DNA from: Eledone cirrhosa | Lineage: Eukaryota | Direction of reading: 5' to 3' | Assembly: GCA_964016885.1 (NCBI GenBank) | Contig: OZ024741.1 | Location: forward strand, 69,874,001 to 69,938,000 | Length of the DNA stretch: 64,000 bases | Shown: positions 26,764 through 41,326 of the stretch, piece by piece | Position numbering within the stretch: the stretch's first letter is position 1 | Layout of the letters: each line of letters starts with the position of its first letter | Program-made: the position numbers and the translations under genes | Notes under the pieces: model-generated | Databases searched by the model: none | Told to the model about the DNA's origin: nothing | Seen by the model: the letters and a program-made list of their open reading frames with translations, nothing else

Positions 26764-26934
26764 ATATAGAACACAAATGCTTTTGCGGTCTAGGCCTAGG
26801 CCCAGAGCCCATCACCCTCCCCTTCTCCTTCCCATTCTTCTGTGACCCTAGAACCCGTACCCTTACCTTCATTTTCCGTTTTTAAATATCAGTAGTGTTG
26901 TTGTTATTTGAAATAGATTTGTTTATGATCTTTT

Positions 26935-27150
26935 GATTGACAGTATCGGTAGAGCGTCAGACACCATGCTTTGCAGCATAGAGTTATGACCCTTTACATT
27001 CTGAGTTCAAGTCCCACCGAAGTTAGCTTTGCCTTTCATTCTTACTTTGTCGATAAAATAAAGTACCAGTGAGTACTGGGGTCGGTTTAATCAACTTTCC
27101 CCTACTTTTCAAATTGCTGGCCTTGTGCCAAATGTAGAAACAATTATTAA
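26935..27150 (+). mobile_element. SINE family 1 copy
   Basis: A/B boxes, Nin core, GTAGAAACAATTATTA end. Confidence 0.8.
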
Positions 27151-27264
27151 TAAATTATTGATTCTATATATAAAAAAAAATATAATCAAAAATATAAAAA
27201 CAACAACAACAATTAATGTAATATATAGCGAGAAAGTAAGTATTGACGACCTAATGATTTATAG

Positions 27265-28117
27265 AAACCTTTCTAAAGATTTCTATTTCCAATAGTCGAT
27301 ATGGGGCTGTTGAGTGATTCGAACCTTTCTAAAGATTTCTATTTCAAATAGTCGATATGGGGCTGTTGAGTGATTCGAACCTTTCTAAAGATTTCTATTT
27401 CCAATAGTCGATATGGGGCTGTTGAGTGATTCGAACCTTTCTAAAGATTTCTATTTCCAATAGTCGATATGGGGCTGTTGAGTGATTCGAACCTTTCTAA
27501 AGATTTCTATTTCAAATAGTCGATATGGGGCTGTTGAGTGATTCGAACCTTTCTAAAGATTTCTATTTCCAATAGTCGATATGGGGCTGTTGAGTGATTC
27601 GAACCTTTCTAAAGATTTCTATTTCAAATAGTCGATATGGGGCTGTTGAGTGATTCGAACCTTTCTAAAGATTTCTATTTCAAATAGTCGATATGGGGCT
27701 GTTGAGTGATTCGAACCTTTCTAAAGATTTCTATTTCCAATAGTCGATATGGGGCTGTTGAGTGATTCGAACCTTTCTAAAGATTTCTATTTCAAATAGT
27801 CGATATGGGGCTGTTGAGTGATTCGAACCTTTCTAAAGATTTCTATTTCCAATAGTCGATATGGGGCTGTTGAGTGATTCGAACCTTTCTAAAGATTTCT
27901 ATTTCCAATAGTCGATATGGGGCTGTTGAGTGATTCGAACCTTTCTAAAGATTTCTATTTCAAATAGTCGATATGGGGCTGTTGAGTGATTCGAACCTTT
28001 CTAAAGATTTCTATTTCAAATAGTCGATATGGGGCTGTTGGGTGATTCGAACCTTTCTAAAGATTTCTATTTCCAATAGTCGATATGGGGCTGTTCAACT
28101 CGAGTTGAGTGATTCGA
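27265..28117. repeat. 56-bp minisatellite, 15 units
   Basis: GAACCTTTCTAAAGATTTCTATTTC(C/A)AATAGTCGATATGGGGCTGTTGAGTGATTC in direct tandem, no spacers. Confidence 0.97.
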
Positions 28118-28572
28118 AAAGTAGGTACATGAAAACTGAAAATGGTACTGGAAAGCCAGGGGGAAGAGCGTTATTAGAACACAAGGAGTTGTGAGGAAGG
28201 AAATAGCTGCAGGTTTAACTGACTGTCCCTTTTAGTTATTCAATAAAATTAAAAAAATATTAAGATTAAATTTTTTAATGTATAATTTTGGATCAAATTT
28301 ACAATGATGATAAAATATCCTCCTCCTCCTCCTCCTCCTCCTCCTCCTCCTCCTCCTCACCATCGTCATCATCATCATCACCACCATCCTCCTCCTTATC
28401 ATCATCACCTTCTTCTTCTTCTTCTTCTTCTTCTTCTTGTATAATGTACAACGCTATCTTAGTGCTACTGTCACTATAGAGAAATGTATATATATATTGT
28501 ATTTATATGAAATCATTTGTAGACAGAAAAACATGGGACATCTTAAATGGCTACGGAGACATTGCTTATATA

Positions 28573-28861
28573 CAAGGCCAGCGCCAGACTATCTGGCACC
28601 CTAGGCAAGGTTAGATTCTGCCCAACCACCCCCCAGCCACCCCCAGGAAAATATCAATTTCAAAATTTATAAACAATAAATTAAAAAAAAAATTTCAACA
28701 TTTCTTTTTCCCTGTATGAAATAAACCAGGATAAAAATGATCCTCAATAAAACTGAGATTTGATTATATATTTTTCAAAATTGTTAATTTGGAGAAATGC
28801 ACCCCTGACATCAGCGCCCTAGGTGGCTGCCTAGTTTGCCTATATGGTAGCGCCGGCTGTG
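28573..28861. mobile_element. hAT MITE
   Basis: Imperfect TIR CAAGGCCAGCGC / GCGCCGGCTGTG; perfect 8-bp TSD CTTATATA. Confidence 0.8.
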
Positions 28862-29220
28862 CTTATATATCGACTATTACTAGTGGTTAAAGAATATCCG
28901 ATATACTGATTTGCCAATCTAATTGTCTCTTGGCACTTAGTTTCTATATTCTGTAACAGGGTACAGCATTGAAACAAAAACAAAAACTTTTAATGTGACA
29001 GTAACACGCATACACATATACACATATACACGCACACATAAACACATACACACAACAAATGTGAATACAATATATATATATATATATAATTATTGAGTCC
29101 AGTCATTACAATGAAGCCATGCCAGGAACGTATGTTTCGTTGGCGTGGTGAACCAACTTTTTCAATCTGTGCCGGTGGAATTCAACCGAAAATTGTTTAG
29201 TTAAAGGAAAGGATATATAT

Positions 29221-29347
<127 letters not shown>

Positions 29348-29469
29348 CTTACATAATGCATATACATAATAACAATGTTTGATTTGTTTGTAAACAAACA
29401 GCCCGATTTTAAGCTGTACCGAGCCGGTGATCCATCGTTACTTGTTTGTTCAACACTGTGGCTTTGAGG

Positions 29470-29512
29470 ACAATCAACATATTTCTGGGTCATTACCCTT
29501 CATCAGGACTGT
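29470..29512 (-). ncRNA. Type I HHR in a diverged relative of the array B unit
   Basis: rc ACAGTC-CTGATGA-A-GGGT-AATG-ACCC-A-GAAA-TATG-TT-GATTGT. Confidence 0.7.
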
Positions 29513-29660
29513 ATACCTCTACCAGTCCATTGAACGGTTGAAAATATAGTATTTTTGCTAGGGTGAGAAATAAAATTCTAATTTATGGGAGCTTCCAACA
29601 GAAATGGTCGCATTCTTTAAGGGTATGTCAATATTTATTTATAAAACTGATCTATATTAT

Positions 29661-29723
29661 ATTTTATCTGATGAAAGCACACCATAATTTAACTTGGTGT
29701 CCTTGAAATATGTGTAATGAAAT
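29661..29723 (+). ncRNA. Type I HHR (separate family)
   Basis: ATTTTAT-CTGATGA-AAGCACACCA..TGGTGTCCTT-GAAA-TATGTG-TA-ATGAAAT; stem I extends via ATAAAAC/GTTTTAT. Confidence 0.7.
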
Positions 29724-29904
29724 AAATATGGTTTTATAAATATAGTTTCCATTTGTTAATATATCGTATATATATATATATATATTAGAAACACGAGGAA
29801 GTTTCGTTTACATATATTATATATATATATATATATGTATGTATATATATATATATATATATACATATTAAGTTATATTGGAATTTATAAATATATATAT
29901 ATAT

Positions 29905-32392
29905 TATAAGTATGTACACGTACATACATATATGTATACAGACGTACAGTAGTATGTATATATATATACATACATGCACACATATATATATGTATGTATG
30001 GATTCACCGAACATTTATTATAATGCTCGGTGTGTTTGTAAACAAACATCCCGTATTAAGCCGTAGTGTCTAGTAACCATCGCTGCTCGTTTTTTCAACA
30101 CTGATAAAGGAACGCTGTACTAGTTTCAAGCTTATTAGCTATCGTCAGCAACGTATACCTTCCTGCCAGATTGTTGAACGTATATACTTACCTTATGCAT
30201 ATTAACGCCTGAGTAGCCCAATTTGCATATCGAGTGGGTTAATCAGCCGGGTGGACCGAAAACGATAAACGGAAAAAAATGAAACGAAATTTCATTTCCC
30301 ACTCTTAGTACGGCTGTTACTTAAATATAAGTAGGTACACGTACATACATATATGTATACAGACGTACAGTAGTATGTATATATATATATACATACATGC
30401 ACACATATATATATGTACGTATGGATTCACCGAACATTTATTATAATGCTCGGTGTGTTTGTAAACAAATATCCCGTATTAAGCCGTAGTGTCTAGTAAT
30501 CATCGTTGCTCGTTTGTTCAACACTGACAAAGGAACGCTGTACTAGTTTCAAGCTTATTAGCTATCGTCAGCAACGTATACCTTCCTGCCAGATTGTTGA
30601 ACGTATATACTTACCTTATGCATATTAACAGCTGAGTAGCCCAATTTGCATATCGAGTGGGTTAGTCGGCCGGGTGCACCGAAAACGATAAACGGAAAAA
30701 ATGAAACGAAATTTCATTTCCCACTCTTAGTACGGCTGTTACTTAAATATAAGTATGTACTCAGCCGTTAATATGCATAAGGTAAGTATATACGTTCAAC
30801 AATCTGGCAGGAAGGTATACGTTGCTGACGATAGCTAATAAGCTTGAAACTAGTACAGCGTTCCTTTGTCAGTGTTGAACAAACGAGCAACGATGGTTGC
30901 TAGAGACTACGGCTTAATAAGGGATCTTTGTTTACAAACACACCGAGCATTATAATAAATGTTCGGTGAATCCATACGTACATATATATATGTGTGCATG
31001 TATGTATATATATATATACATACTACTGTACGTCTGTATACATATATGTATGTACGTGTACATACTTATATTTAAGTAACAGCCGTACTAAGAGTGGGAA
31101 ATGAAATTTCGTTTCATTTTTTCCGTTTATCGTTTTCGGTGCACCCGGCCGATTAACCCACTCGATATGAAAATTGGGCTACTCAGGCGTTAATATGCAT
31201 AAGGTAAGTATATACGTTCAACAATCTGCCAGGAAGGTATACGTTGCTGACGATAGCTAATAAGCTTGAAACTAGTACAGCGTTCCTTTGTCAGTGTTGA
31301 ACAAACGAGCAACGATGGTTACTAGACACTACGGCTTAATACGGGATGTTTGTTTACAAACACACCGAGCATTATAATAAATGTTCGGTGAATCCATACG
31401 TACATATATATATGTGTGCATGTATGTATATATATATATACATACTACTGTACGTCTGTATACATATATGTATGTACGTGTACATACTTATATTTAAGTA
31501 ACAGCCGTACTAAGAGTGGGAAATGAAATTTCGTTTCATTTTTTCCGTTTATCGTTTTCGGTGCACCCGGCCGATTAACCCACTCGATATGAAAATTGGG
31601 CTACTCAGGCGTTAATATGCATAAGGTAAGTATATACGTTCAACAATCTGCCAGGAAGGTATACGTTGCTGACGATAGCTAATAAGCTTGAAACTAGTAC
31701 AGCGTTCCTTTGTCAGTGTGAACAAACGAGCAACGATGGTTGCTAGACACTACGGCTTAATACGGGATGCTTGTTTACAAACACACCGAGCATTATAATA
31801 AATGTTCGGTGAATCCATACGTACATATATATATGTGTGCATGTATGTATATATATATACATACTACTGTACGTCTGTATACATATATGTATGTACGTGT
31901 ACATACTTATATTTAAGTAACAGCCGTACTAAGAGTGGGAAATGAAATTTCGTTTCATTTTTTCCGTTTATCGTTTTCGGTGCACCCGGCCGATTAACCC
32001 ACTCGATGTACAAATTGGGCTACTCAGCCGTTAATATGCATAAGGTAAGTATATACGTTCAACAATCTGGCAGGAAGGTATACGTTGCTGACGATAGCTA
32101 ATAAGCTTGAAACTAGTACAGCGTTCCTTTGTCAGTGTTGAACAAACGAGCAACGATGGTTACTAGACACTACGGCTTAATACGGGATGTTTGTTTACAA
32201 ACACACCGAGCATTATAATAAATGTTCGGTGAATCCATACGTACATATATATATGTGTGCATGTATGTATATATATATATACATACTACTGTACGTCTCT
32301 ATACATATATGTATGTACGTGTACATACTTATATTTAAGTAACAGCCGTACTAAGAGTGGGAAATGAAATTTCGTTTCATTTTTTCCGTTTA
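29905..32392. repeat. Array B: head-to-head array of a ~421-bp HHR unit (2 minus + ~3.9 plus units)
   Basis: Inversion at 30758-30760 (TAC microhomology); HHR cores at 30142 and 30565 (-), 30825, 31247, 31669, 32088 (+). Confidence 0.95.
30819..30861 (+). ncRNA. Type I HHR, array B representative (6 copies)
   Basis: ACGTTG-CTGACGA-T-AGCT-AATA-AGCT-T-GAAA-CTAG-TA-CAGCGT; stem I extends (AGGA/TCCT, TGGCA/TGTCA, GTTCAACA/TGTTGAAC). Confidence 0.82.
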
Positions 32393-32881
32393 TATATATA
32401 TATTAACATATATACACATGTCTGCATATATATATATATAAAGTGAGTTATATTTCGTCTTAATATCATATGGCAAAACACCATTTGATTGGTTTGTTCT
32501 TCAGCTACCTCCAAATAAGGTAATAGAACTCAATTTACTATTGACTTTGAATAAAATTTTCATTGCTTTTGACAACGGCTGACGATATACACGTAGGTAA
32601 ATATATTCCTTATTTGATATTTTGTAACTAACCTTACATAGATAGATAACGAAATATGCGTACGATGTATTATTATCACGTAGAAACGATCGTAAAGCAA
32701 TGAAGTATATTTCTAATGACCTGAATTTTTATTTCATTGTTTTAACTTATATCATGACTCTGTTTTCCTTTTGATATTTTATTGTTTTCCGGGATTTATT
32801 TTAACCTACAACATTTTCAACATATGGATTACATTGAGTTCTTCATGCAGACTAGACCCCACAATAAACCGTGGATATTTC

Positions 32882-32924
<43 letters not shown>

Positions 32925-33099
32925 CTAATATATTTTCTTTTTAATGAAAATCTCCTTATCTAAATATTATGGAGAGCTTACGTACATTATCCCGGGGAAG
33001 TCGTTTAATAACGTATTTTGCTCTTAGTTAGAAACATCCATTAACTGTAACAAAATCTCGTTATAGCATTTATGCGGCTAGAAAAATGTCTGTTTGTAT

Positions 33100-33188
<89 letters not shown>

Positions 33189-33197
33189 GTATATATA

Positions 33198-33288
<91 letters not shown>

Positions 33289-33307
33289 ATATATATATAT
33301 ATATATA

Positions 33308-33954
<647 letters not shown>

Positions 33955-33955
33955 C

Positions 33956-33986
<31 letters not shown>

Positions 33987-34366
33987 ATATAGTAATAATA
34001 ATAAATTTGAAGACTAAAATCCAAAGAGGGCTCGATAAAGATAAATATATATATATATATATATAGTGCTCAGTCCATGGGACTGTATATATATATATAT
34101 ATATATACATTGGCAGACTGGGTCTAAAGATATTGATTGCCAGGAGATGACAAAGGGGCCCACCCGCAACTACAATACTATCATTTAATTAATAAAATTT
34201 TAAAGAAATCCTCTCCATTTCTGTGTATGCAATTGACCGTAAAATTGTAAAGTAAAAATACGGATTATACAATATATTAAAAATTTCTTACTTTCTCCAA
34301 GAGAAAAGATCTTGTGACATTTACACATCCACAAAATAGCAGTAATGAGCTTTCGTCTTTCATACT

Positions 34367-34403
<37 letters not shown>

Positions 34404-34418
34404 TAGATAGATAGATAG

Positions 34419-34507
<89 letters not shown>

Positions 34508-34571
34508 AGCAAATTATAAACGTAAACATGTAAGTATGTTTTTGAAACGGTGCGCGACTTTGAAATTAAAA

Positions 34572-34781
34572 ATTAGAAACTATAAGCTTTCACCGTATTT
34601 TAGACTAGAGAAATTTCTAGCCTGATAGTGGGGTTTATAACCCTAGGAGAAATGGAAAAAGATGAGTGTTGCCGTACATGGCAACACTCATCTTTTTCTA
34701 TTTCTCCGAGGGTTATAAACCCCACTATCAGGCTAAAAATTTCTCTAGTCTAAAATACGGTGAAAGCTTATAGTTTCTAAT
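34572..34781. repeat. ~210-bp near-perfect palindrome next to (TA)n
   Basis: ~100-bp arms centred on GTTGCC-GTACAT-GGCAAC. Confidence 0.9.
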
Positions 34782-34796
34782 ATATATATATATATA

Positions 34797-35260
34797 TGAT
34801 GATGATGGCTGCAACTCGATTTCGAGTAATACAATCGCTTGATACTTAAGCATGAGCATCATGGACGTGGCTTTTTAGTCCTGCTAGGAATTTGCTTATG
34901 GCCAGCCATGCCAAGCATCACAAAAATGTCATATATCAAGCGATGCCTGTGCTTGAAGCTTTTTTAAGTGGAGAAAGGCTTTGCATGGGGCCAATCCCAC
35001 TCTCTGAACATCGAATACATTTACCCAAAAAGTAGAACTGGTCTAAATCATTGGAGGCAAACGAAGTCGCAGGTTTTATATCAGAGTGACCTTCACCTAG
35101 AGAGATGTTTTAATGAAGACAAGGAGTCTCTCGGTACACACAAAAAATACTTTAGGGGATAGCCTTTGATCCTCCTGAGTTCCTCCGCTTCTTGACGGAT
35201 TTTGTTTTTCATCCTGCAGAATGTCCCAAATTACCCTCCTCACCTGAAGAGCGACCTGAC

Positions 35261-35262
<2 letters not shown>
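34797..35262 (-). mobile_element. Non-autonomous RTE-related retroposon, diverged
   Basis: Homologous in reverse to 18847-19457 (TGTCAGGTC start, GAGTTGCAGCCA end, (CAT)n tail). Confidence 0.55.
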
Positions 35263-35346
<84 letters not shown>

Positions 35347-35351
35347 CACAC

Positions 35352-35399
<48 letters not shown>

Positions 35400-35512
35400 C
35401 CAAGAAGAAAAATAAAATTTCGTTTGTGTAGGTCAAATCAAGTACTCACTAAGAAGTTGTTTAACTAACTGCTTTGCTTAATTTGTTTTATTTTAATTTT
35501 ATTATTATTTTA

Positions 35513-37901
35513 TTAAACAATTAAGTTAAAGATGTACATCCATATATGTATACTGAAATACTAGTATGTATATGAATACACACACGTATACATATGTAGA
35601 TGTACCAAGTTTTTTCACTGGTCACTTTACTGTGAGTGGCCAGCTATTCTGTATGTAAACACACAGACAAACCGGTTTTTAGAGTCATACTGGTTTTTGA
35701 GGAAACACCTTTCCTCTATTCTCCAGAAAGCCAGACAAGGAATATTGAACTAGTTTCGTTGTTGTTACAACTCATCAGCAATATTTACCTATCTTCCGGC
35801 CTCTCTAGAGAATCGTAAAAGCACATATCGTTATATGCTTTTTCTATGAAAATTAGTAGTGGGCATACTAATTTGCATAGAGTGTGAGTAAGTACCGGTT
35901 CAACGGAGACGATAAAAACAAATAACGAAACGAAATTAAATTTTGTTTCATTTGTAACTCACTTTTGTATGACTGACGCTTAAACAATTAAGTTAAAGAT
36001 GTACATCCATATATGTATACTGAAATACTAGTATGTATATGAATACACACACGTATACATATGTAGATGTACCAAGTTTTTTCACTGGTCACTTTACTGT
36101 GAGTGGCCAGCTATTCTGTATGTAAACACACAGACAAACCGGTTTTTAGAGTCATACTGGTTTTTGAGGAAACACCTTTCCTCTATTCTCCAGAAAGCCA
36201 GACAAGGAATATTGAACTAGTTTCGTTGTTGTTACAACTCATCAGCAATATTTACCTATCTTCCGGCCTCTCTAGAGAATCGTAAAAGCACATATCGTTA
36301 TATGCTTTTTCTATGAAAAGTGACCAGTGAAAAAACTTGGTACATCTACATATGTATACGTGTGTGTATTCATATACATACTAGTATTTCAGTATACATA
36401 TATGGATGTACATCTTTAACTTAATTGTTTAAGCGTCAGTCATACAAAAGTGAGTTACAAATGAAACAAAATTTAATTTCGTTTCGTTATTTGTTTTTAT
36501 CGTCTCCGTTGAACCGGTACTTACTCACACTCTATGCAAATTAGTATGCCCACTACTAATTTTCATAGAAAAAGCATATAACGATATGTGCTTTTACGAT
36601 TCTCTAGAGAGGCCGGAAGATAGGTAAATATTGCTGATGAGTTGTAACAACAACGAAACTAGTTCAATATTCCTTGTCTGGCTTTCTGGAGAATAGAGGA
36701 AAGGTGTTTCCTCAAAAACCAGTATGACTCTAAAAACCGGTTTGTCTGTGTGTTTACATACAGAATAGCTGGCCACTCACAGTAAAGTGACCAGTGAAAA
36801 AACTTGGTACATCTACATATGTATACGTGTGTGTATTCATATACATACTAGTATTTCAGTATACATATATGGATGTACATCTTTAACTTAATTGTTTAAG
36901 CGTCAGTCATACAAAAGTGAGTTACAAATGAAACAAAATTTAATTTCGTTTCGTTATTTGTTTTTATCGTCTCCGTTGAACCGGTACTTACTCACACTCT
37001 ATGCAAATTAGTATGCCCACTACTAATTTTCATAGAAAAAGCATATAACGATATGTGCTTTTACGATTCTCTAGAGAGGCCGGAAGATAGGTAAATATTG
37101 CTGATGAGTTGTAACAACAACGAAACTAGTTCAATATTCCTTGTCTGGCTTTCTGGAGAATAGAGGAAAGGTGTTTCCTCAAAAACCAGTATGACTCTAA
37201 AAACCGGTTTGTCTGTGTGTTTACATACAGAATAGCTGGCCACTCACAGTAAAGTGACCAGTGAAAAAACTTGGTACATCTACATATGTATACGTGTGTG
37301 TATTCATATACATACTAGTATTTCAGTATACATATATGGATGTACATCTTTAACTTAATTGTTTAAGCGTCAGTCATACAAAAGTGAGTTACAAATGAAA
37401 CAAAATTTAATTTCGTTTCGTTATTTGTTTTTATCGTCTCCGTTGAACCGGTACTTACTCACACTCTATGCAAATTAGTATGCCCACTACTAATTTTCAT
37501 AGAAAAAGCATATAACGATATGTGCTTTTACGATTCTCTAGAGAGGCCGGAAGATAGGTAAATATTGCTGATGAGTTGTAACAACAACGAAACTAGTTCA
37601 ATATTCCTTGTCTGGCTTTCTGGAGAATAGAGGAAAGGTGTTTCCTCAAAAACCAGTATGACTCTAAAAACCGGTTTGTCTGTGTGTTTACATACAGAAT
37701 AGCTGGCCACTCACAGTAAAGTGACCAGTGAAAAAACTTGGTACATCTACATATGTATACGTGTGTGTATTCATATACATACTAGTATTTCAGTATACAT
37801 ATATGGATGTACATCTTTAACTTAATTGTTTAAGCGTCAGTCATACAAAAGTGAGTTACAAATGAAACAAAATTTAATTTCGTTTCGTTATTTGTTTTTA
37901 T
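35513..37901. repeat. Array C: head-to-head array of a 467-bp HHR unit (1.7 minus + 3.4 plus units)
   Basis: Exact 467 period; inversion at 36317-36319 (AAA); direct repeat TTATTATTTTATT at 35502-35514 and 37898-37910. Confidence 0.96.
36627..36671 (+). ncRNA. Type I HHR, array C representative (also 37094-37138 and 37561-37605 +; 35741-35785 and 36208-36252 -)
   Basis: AATATTG-CTGATGA-GTTGT-AACA-ACAAC-GAAA-CTAG-TT-CAATATT: canonical core, perfect stems I and II, palindromic stem III, GUU site. Confidence 0.92.
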
Positions 37902-38466
37902 TATTTTATTGTTTCTGATATTTTCTTCTAAAGTACTATCATATACAATTGTTTATTTTAAAGTGTTTTTAATTATTTAAAAATCTTCCATCATAATTTT
38001 ATATAAGAACACTTGTTAAGTTATGATCTAAAGACCAAATAAATAACGAAAAAGTGAATTATTTTACTGCTGTTGTTGGACCTTCGTCTGCGAAGCTGAA
38101 GGACGACTGGAACTTCTACGTTGTATCTTCTACTAGTTGGCAAAAAGAGAAGCACAATTCTTCTTGGAGCGAGGGGTTTGATCTCTGAACAGCCTGCGCC
38201 ATTTAAAATTAGCAGTTACACAATTATATAATCAGCAGTTTTACTACTACACCACTGAGACTGTTCAAATTGCTAAACATTTTAAAAGTTATATTGTAAA
38301 TATTAACCTTTCGAATTTCTATAGTCTTACCTACTTTACACTTACGTTCGGATTTGCTTATATATATATATATAGTTGTAAGGTTGCAATAAATGCGCCC
38401 GTAGGCGGTATGCCGTTTGAGCACTCGATGCTCAGGCAGAGCAGAGTATATGCCTTGAAAACGATA

Positions 38467-38560
38467 AACATATTTGAGGACCTTGCAAGTGCAAAGTCAG
38501 GTTCGATCTATAATAGATCCTGCCTTGAGCTCATCGTCGGAGAAACATATGTAATATGTT
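38467..38560 (+). ncRNA. Degenerate HHR with long stem II
   Basis: AACATAT-TTGAGGA..hairpin (GATCTA/TAGATC)..GAAA-CATATG-TA-ATATGTT. Confidence 0.55.
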
Positions 38561-38847
38561 ATTAAATTGTGCTTTAATGCACCACTGATTCCTCGTTATC
38601 TATAATAAAAATAATAATAATAATAATAAATAATATATATATATGTGTGTGTTTGGGCGCGTCCCAACGCAAATGACCGTAATAACAATAGTTTAATCAT
38701 AATATATATATATGTATTATTTATTTATGTTCATAAATGGAACAAAATTGCTACATGAGGTTTCAAGGCCCAATATTATCATATCTTCAGTGCGTGTGTG
38801 TGTGTGGTACGTGTGGTGTGTGTAGAGTGTATGTGTTCGAGCATCCA

Positions 38848-38883
<36 letters not shown>

Positions 38884-39074
38884 CGCGCGCGCATGTGTGT
38901 GTGTGTGTGTGTGAATAGTTGACACACTCACGCACTCATACACGTAAAAAACGATTTGGTTTCAATACACAAATTGCTATGTGAATGTCATTAATGTATT
39001 TATTTATTTTGCATTGCTTTAATACAACTGGCCAACCTTTTGGATCTTATTATTGCCAGAATAATAATTAATCA

Positions 39075-39597
39075 GGCGGCGAATTGACAGAATGGTTAGA
39101 ATGTCAGATAGGCTGCTATGCGTTGTTCATTCCGCCTCCCTCTGCTTTCAGTTCAAAATCTTCTGAGGTGAACTTTACCTCGAAGTCGATAAAAAGTACC
39201 AGTGAAGTATTGGGGTCGATTATTCCTCTATGTTTCTTTCTCACTTCTCTCATTCCTTCTCATTGTCTCTTTCTCTCAACTTCCCATTCTCTTTCTCTCA
39301 ACTTCCCATTCTCTTCTCTCAACTTCCCATTCTCTTTCTCTCAACTTCCCATTCTCTTTCTCTCAACTTCCCATTCTCTTTCTTCTGTCAACTTCCCATT
39401 CTCTTTCTCTCAACTTCCCATTCTCTTTCTCTCAACTTCCCATTCTCTTTCTCTCAACTTCCCATTCTCTTTCTTCTGTCAACTTCTCATTTTCTTTCTC
39501 TCAACTTCCCATTTTCTTTCTCTCAACTTCCCATTCTCTTTCTTCTGTCAACTTCCCATTTTCTTTCCCTCAATTTCCCATTTTCTTTCTCTGAATT

Positions 39598-39687
<90 letters not shown>

Positions 39688-39812
39688 GGAGGAGATCGAC
39701 TATGTTCAGACCAGGAGAGTGATGACCTTCACCAGGTTTAAAGTGCCCGAGACACGCTGTATGTAATTTCGGCTCCCTTCGACTCCATCTGGAGTTACGG
39801 GTCCATACATAC
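39075..39812 (+). mobile_element. SINE family 2 with internal ~22-bp tandem expansion and (CT)n
   Basis: tRNA head plus Nin core; TCTCAACTTCCCATTCTCTTTC repeats ~39272-39590; 3' part shared with 55705-56024 and 57005-57372. Confidence 0.7.
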
Positions 39813-40335
39813 ATATCATACATGCAATAATTAATCTTTTATCAGGACATGAACATCTAAGAATCTAGACACTTTCCGTTACTATTTATTCCTTCTCTCT
39901 GTATTTTTGCTGTCTGTTATTAAACATTTCTGTATTTTTGTGAACTTACAATTAATTTTATAGTTTTTCTTGCGACTATGATTTACAACTAAAAATATAA
40001 ATAATAAAACCATCTAACAAAATAAATAGAAAAAAAAAAATGAAAAAATACATCTATACTCATTTAAATGGATAGAGGAAAGAATAAAGAAAAGGTTGTT
40101 CTGGAGATCCATTTTGGATAGCGAGGAATAATCTGTGTCAACGTAACATAGTTTTATATGATGGAAACTAAGACTATGTGAATGTTATCTGCTTTTGTTT
40201 TGTTTTGTTTTGTTACAATCAATTCTCAGATATAAGAGAAATATATGACTCTTGCATTTCACATAAAATATGGACGAATTACTTCGAAATAATCGGAGGA
40301 TATTTTGATATTTTGTAGATAAAATTCTGAATATA

Positions 40336-40377
<42 letters not shown>

Positions 40378-40454
40378 CAAACATATACACACATATATAT
40401 ATATATATGTGTGTGTGTGTGTAATATTTTTTTATACGTCTATATATATAAATG

Positions 40455-40543
<89 letters not shown>

Positions 40544-40617
40544 TTATATATATGTATATATATATATATAAAAGGCATAAATCGAAGATGTAGCCGCAGT
40601 AGAGCAGATACTAATCG

Positions 40618-40707
<90 letters not shown>

Positions 40708-40895
40708 GCTGTATGGTTTATTACATTTGCTATCAGTTATAACTATCATAAATGTGTGAGTATAAATTACAAAAGAAATCATAAAAAACATAACAAAAAA
40801 CAACAGAATTTGCTGTAGTAATGGCGATATATAGATACTGGCAACATACAGTTGTCTTAAGTAAATACAGGGATATGTACACACACAATTCTACA

Positions 40896-40938
<43 letters not shown>

Positions 40939-40972
40939 CATAATTATATATATATATATATATATACATACA

Positions 40973-41016
<44 letters not shown>

Positions 41017-41050
41017 TATATACATATATATAATTATATATACATATATA

Positions 41051-41090
<40 letters not shown>

Positions 41091-41120
41091 CATACATAAT
41101 TATATATATGTATATATAAT

Positions 41121-41152
<32 letters not shown>

Positions 41153-41190
41153 TATACATACATACATAATTATATATATGTATATATAAT

Positions 41191-41222
<32 letters not shown>

Positions 41223-41254
41223 TACATACATACATAATTATATATATGTATATA

Positions 41255-41326
<72 letters not shown>

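Noticed and set aside
27265-28117. CRISPR-like array
   Set aside because: Units are contiguous with no unique spacers, there are no cas genes, and the context is eukaryotic
35636-35818. 60-aa ORF repeated five times in array C
   Set aside because: GTG start, antisense to the HHR, no motif; repetition just follows the tandem unit
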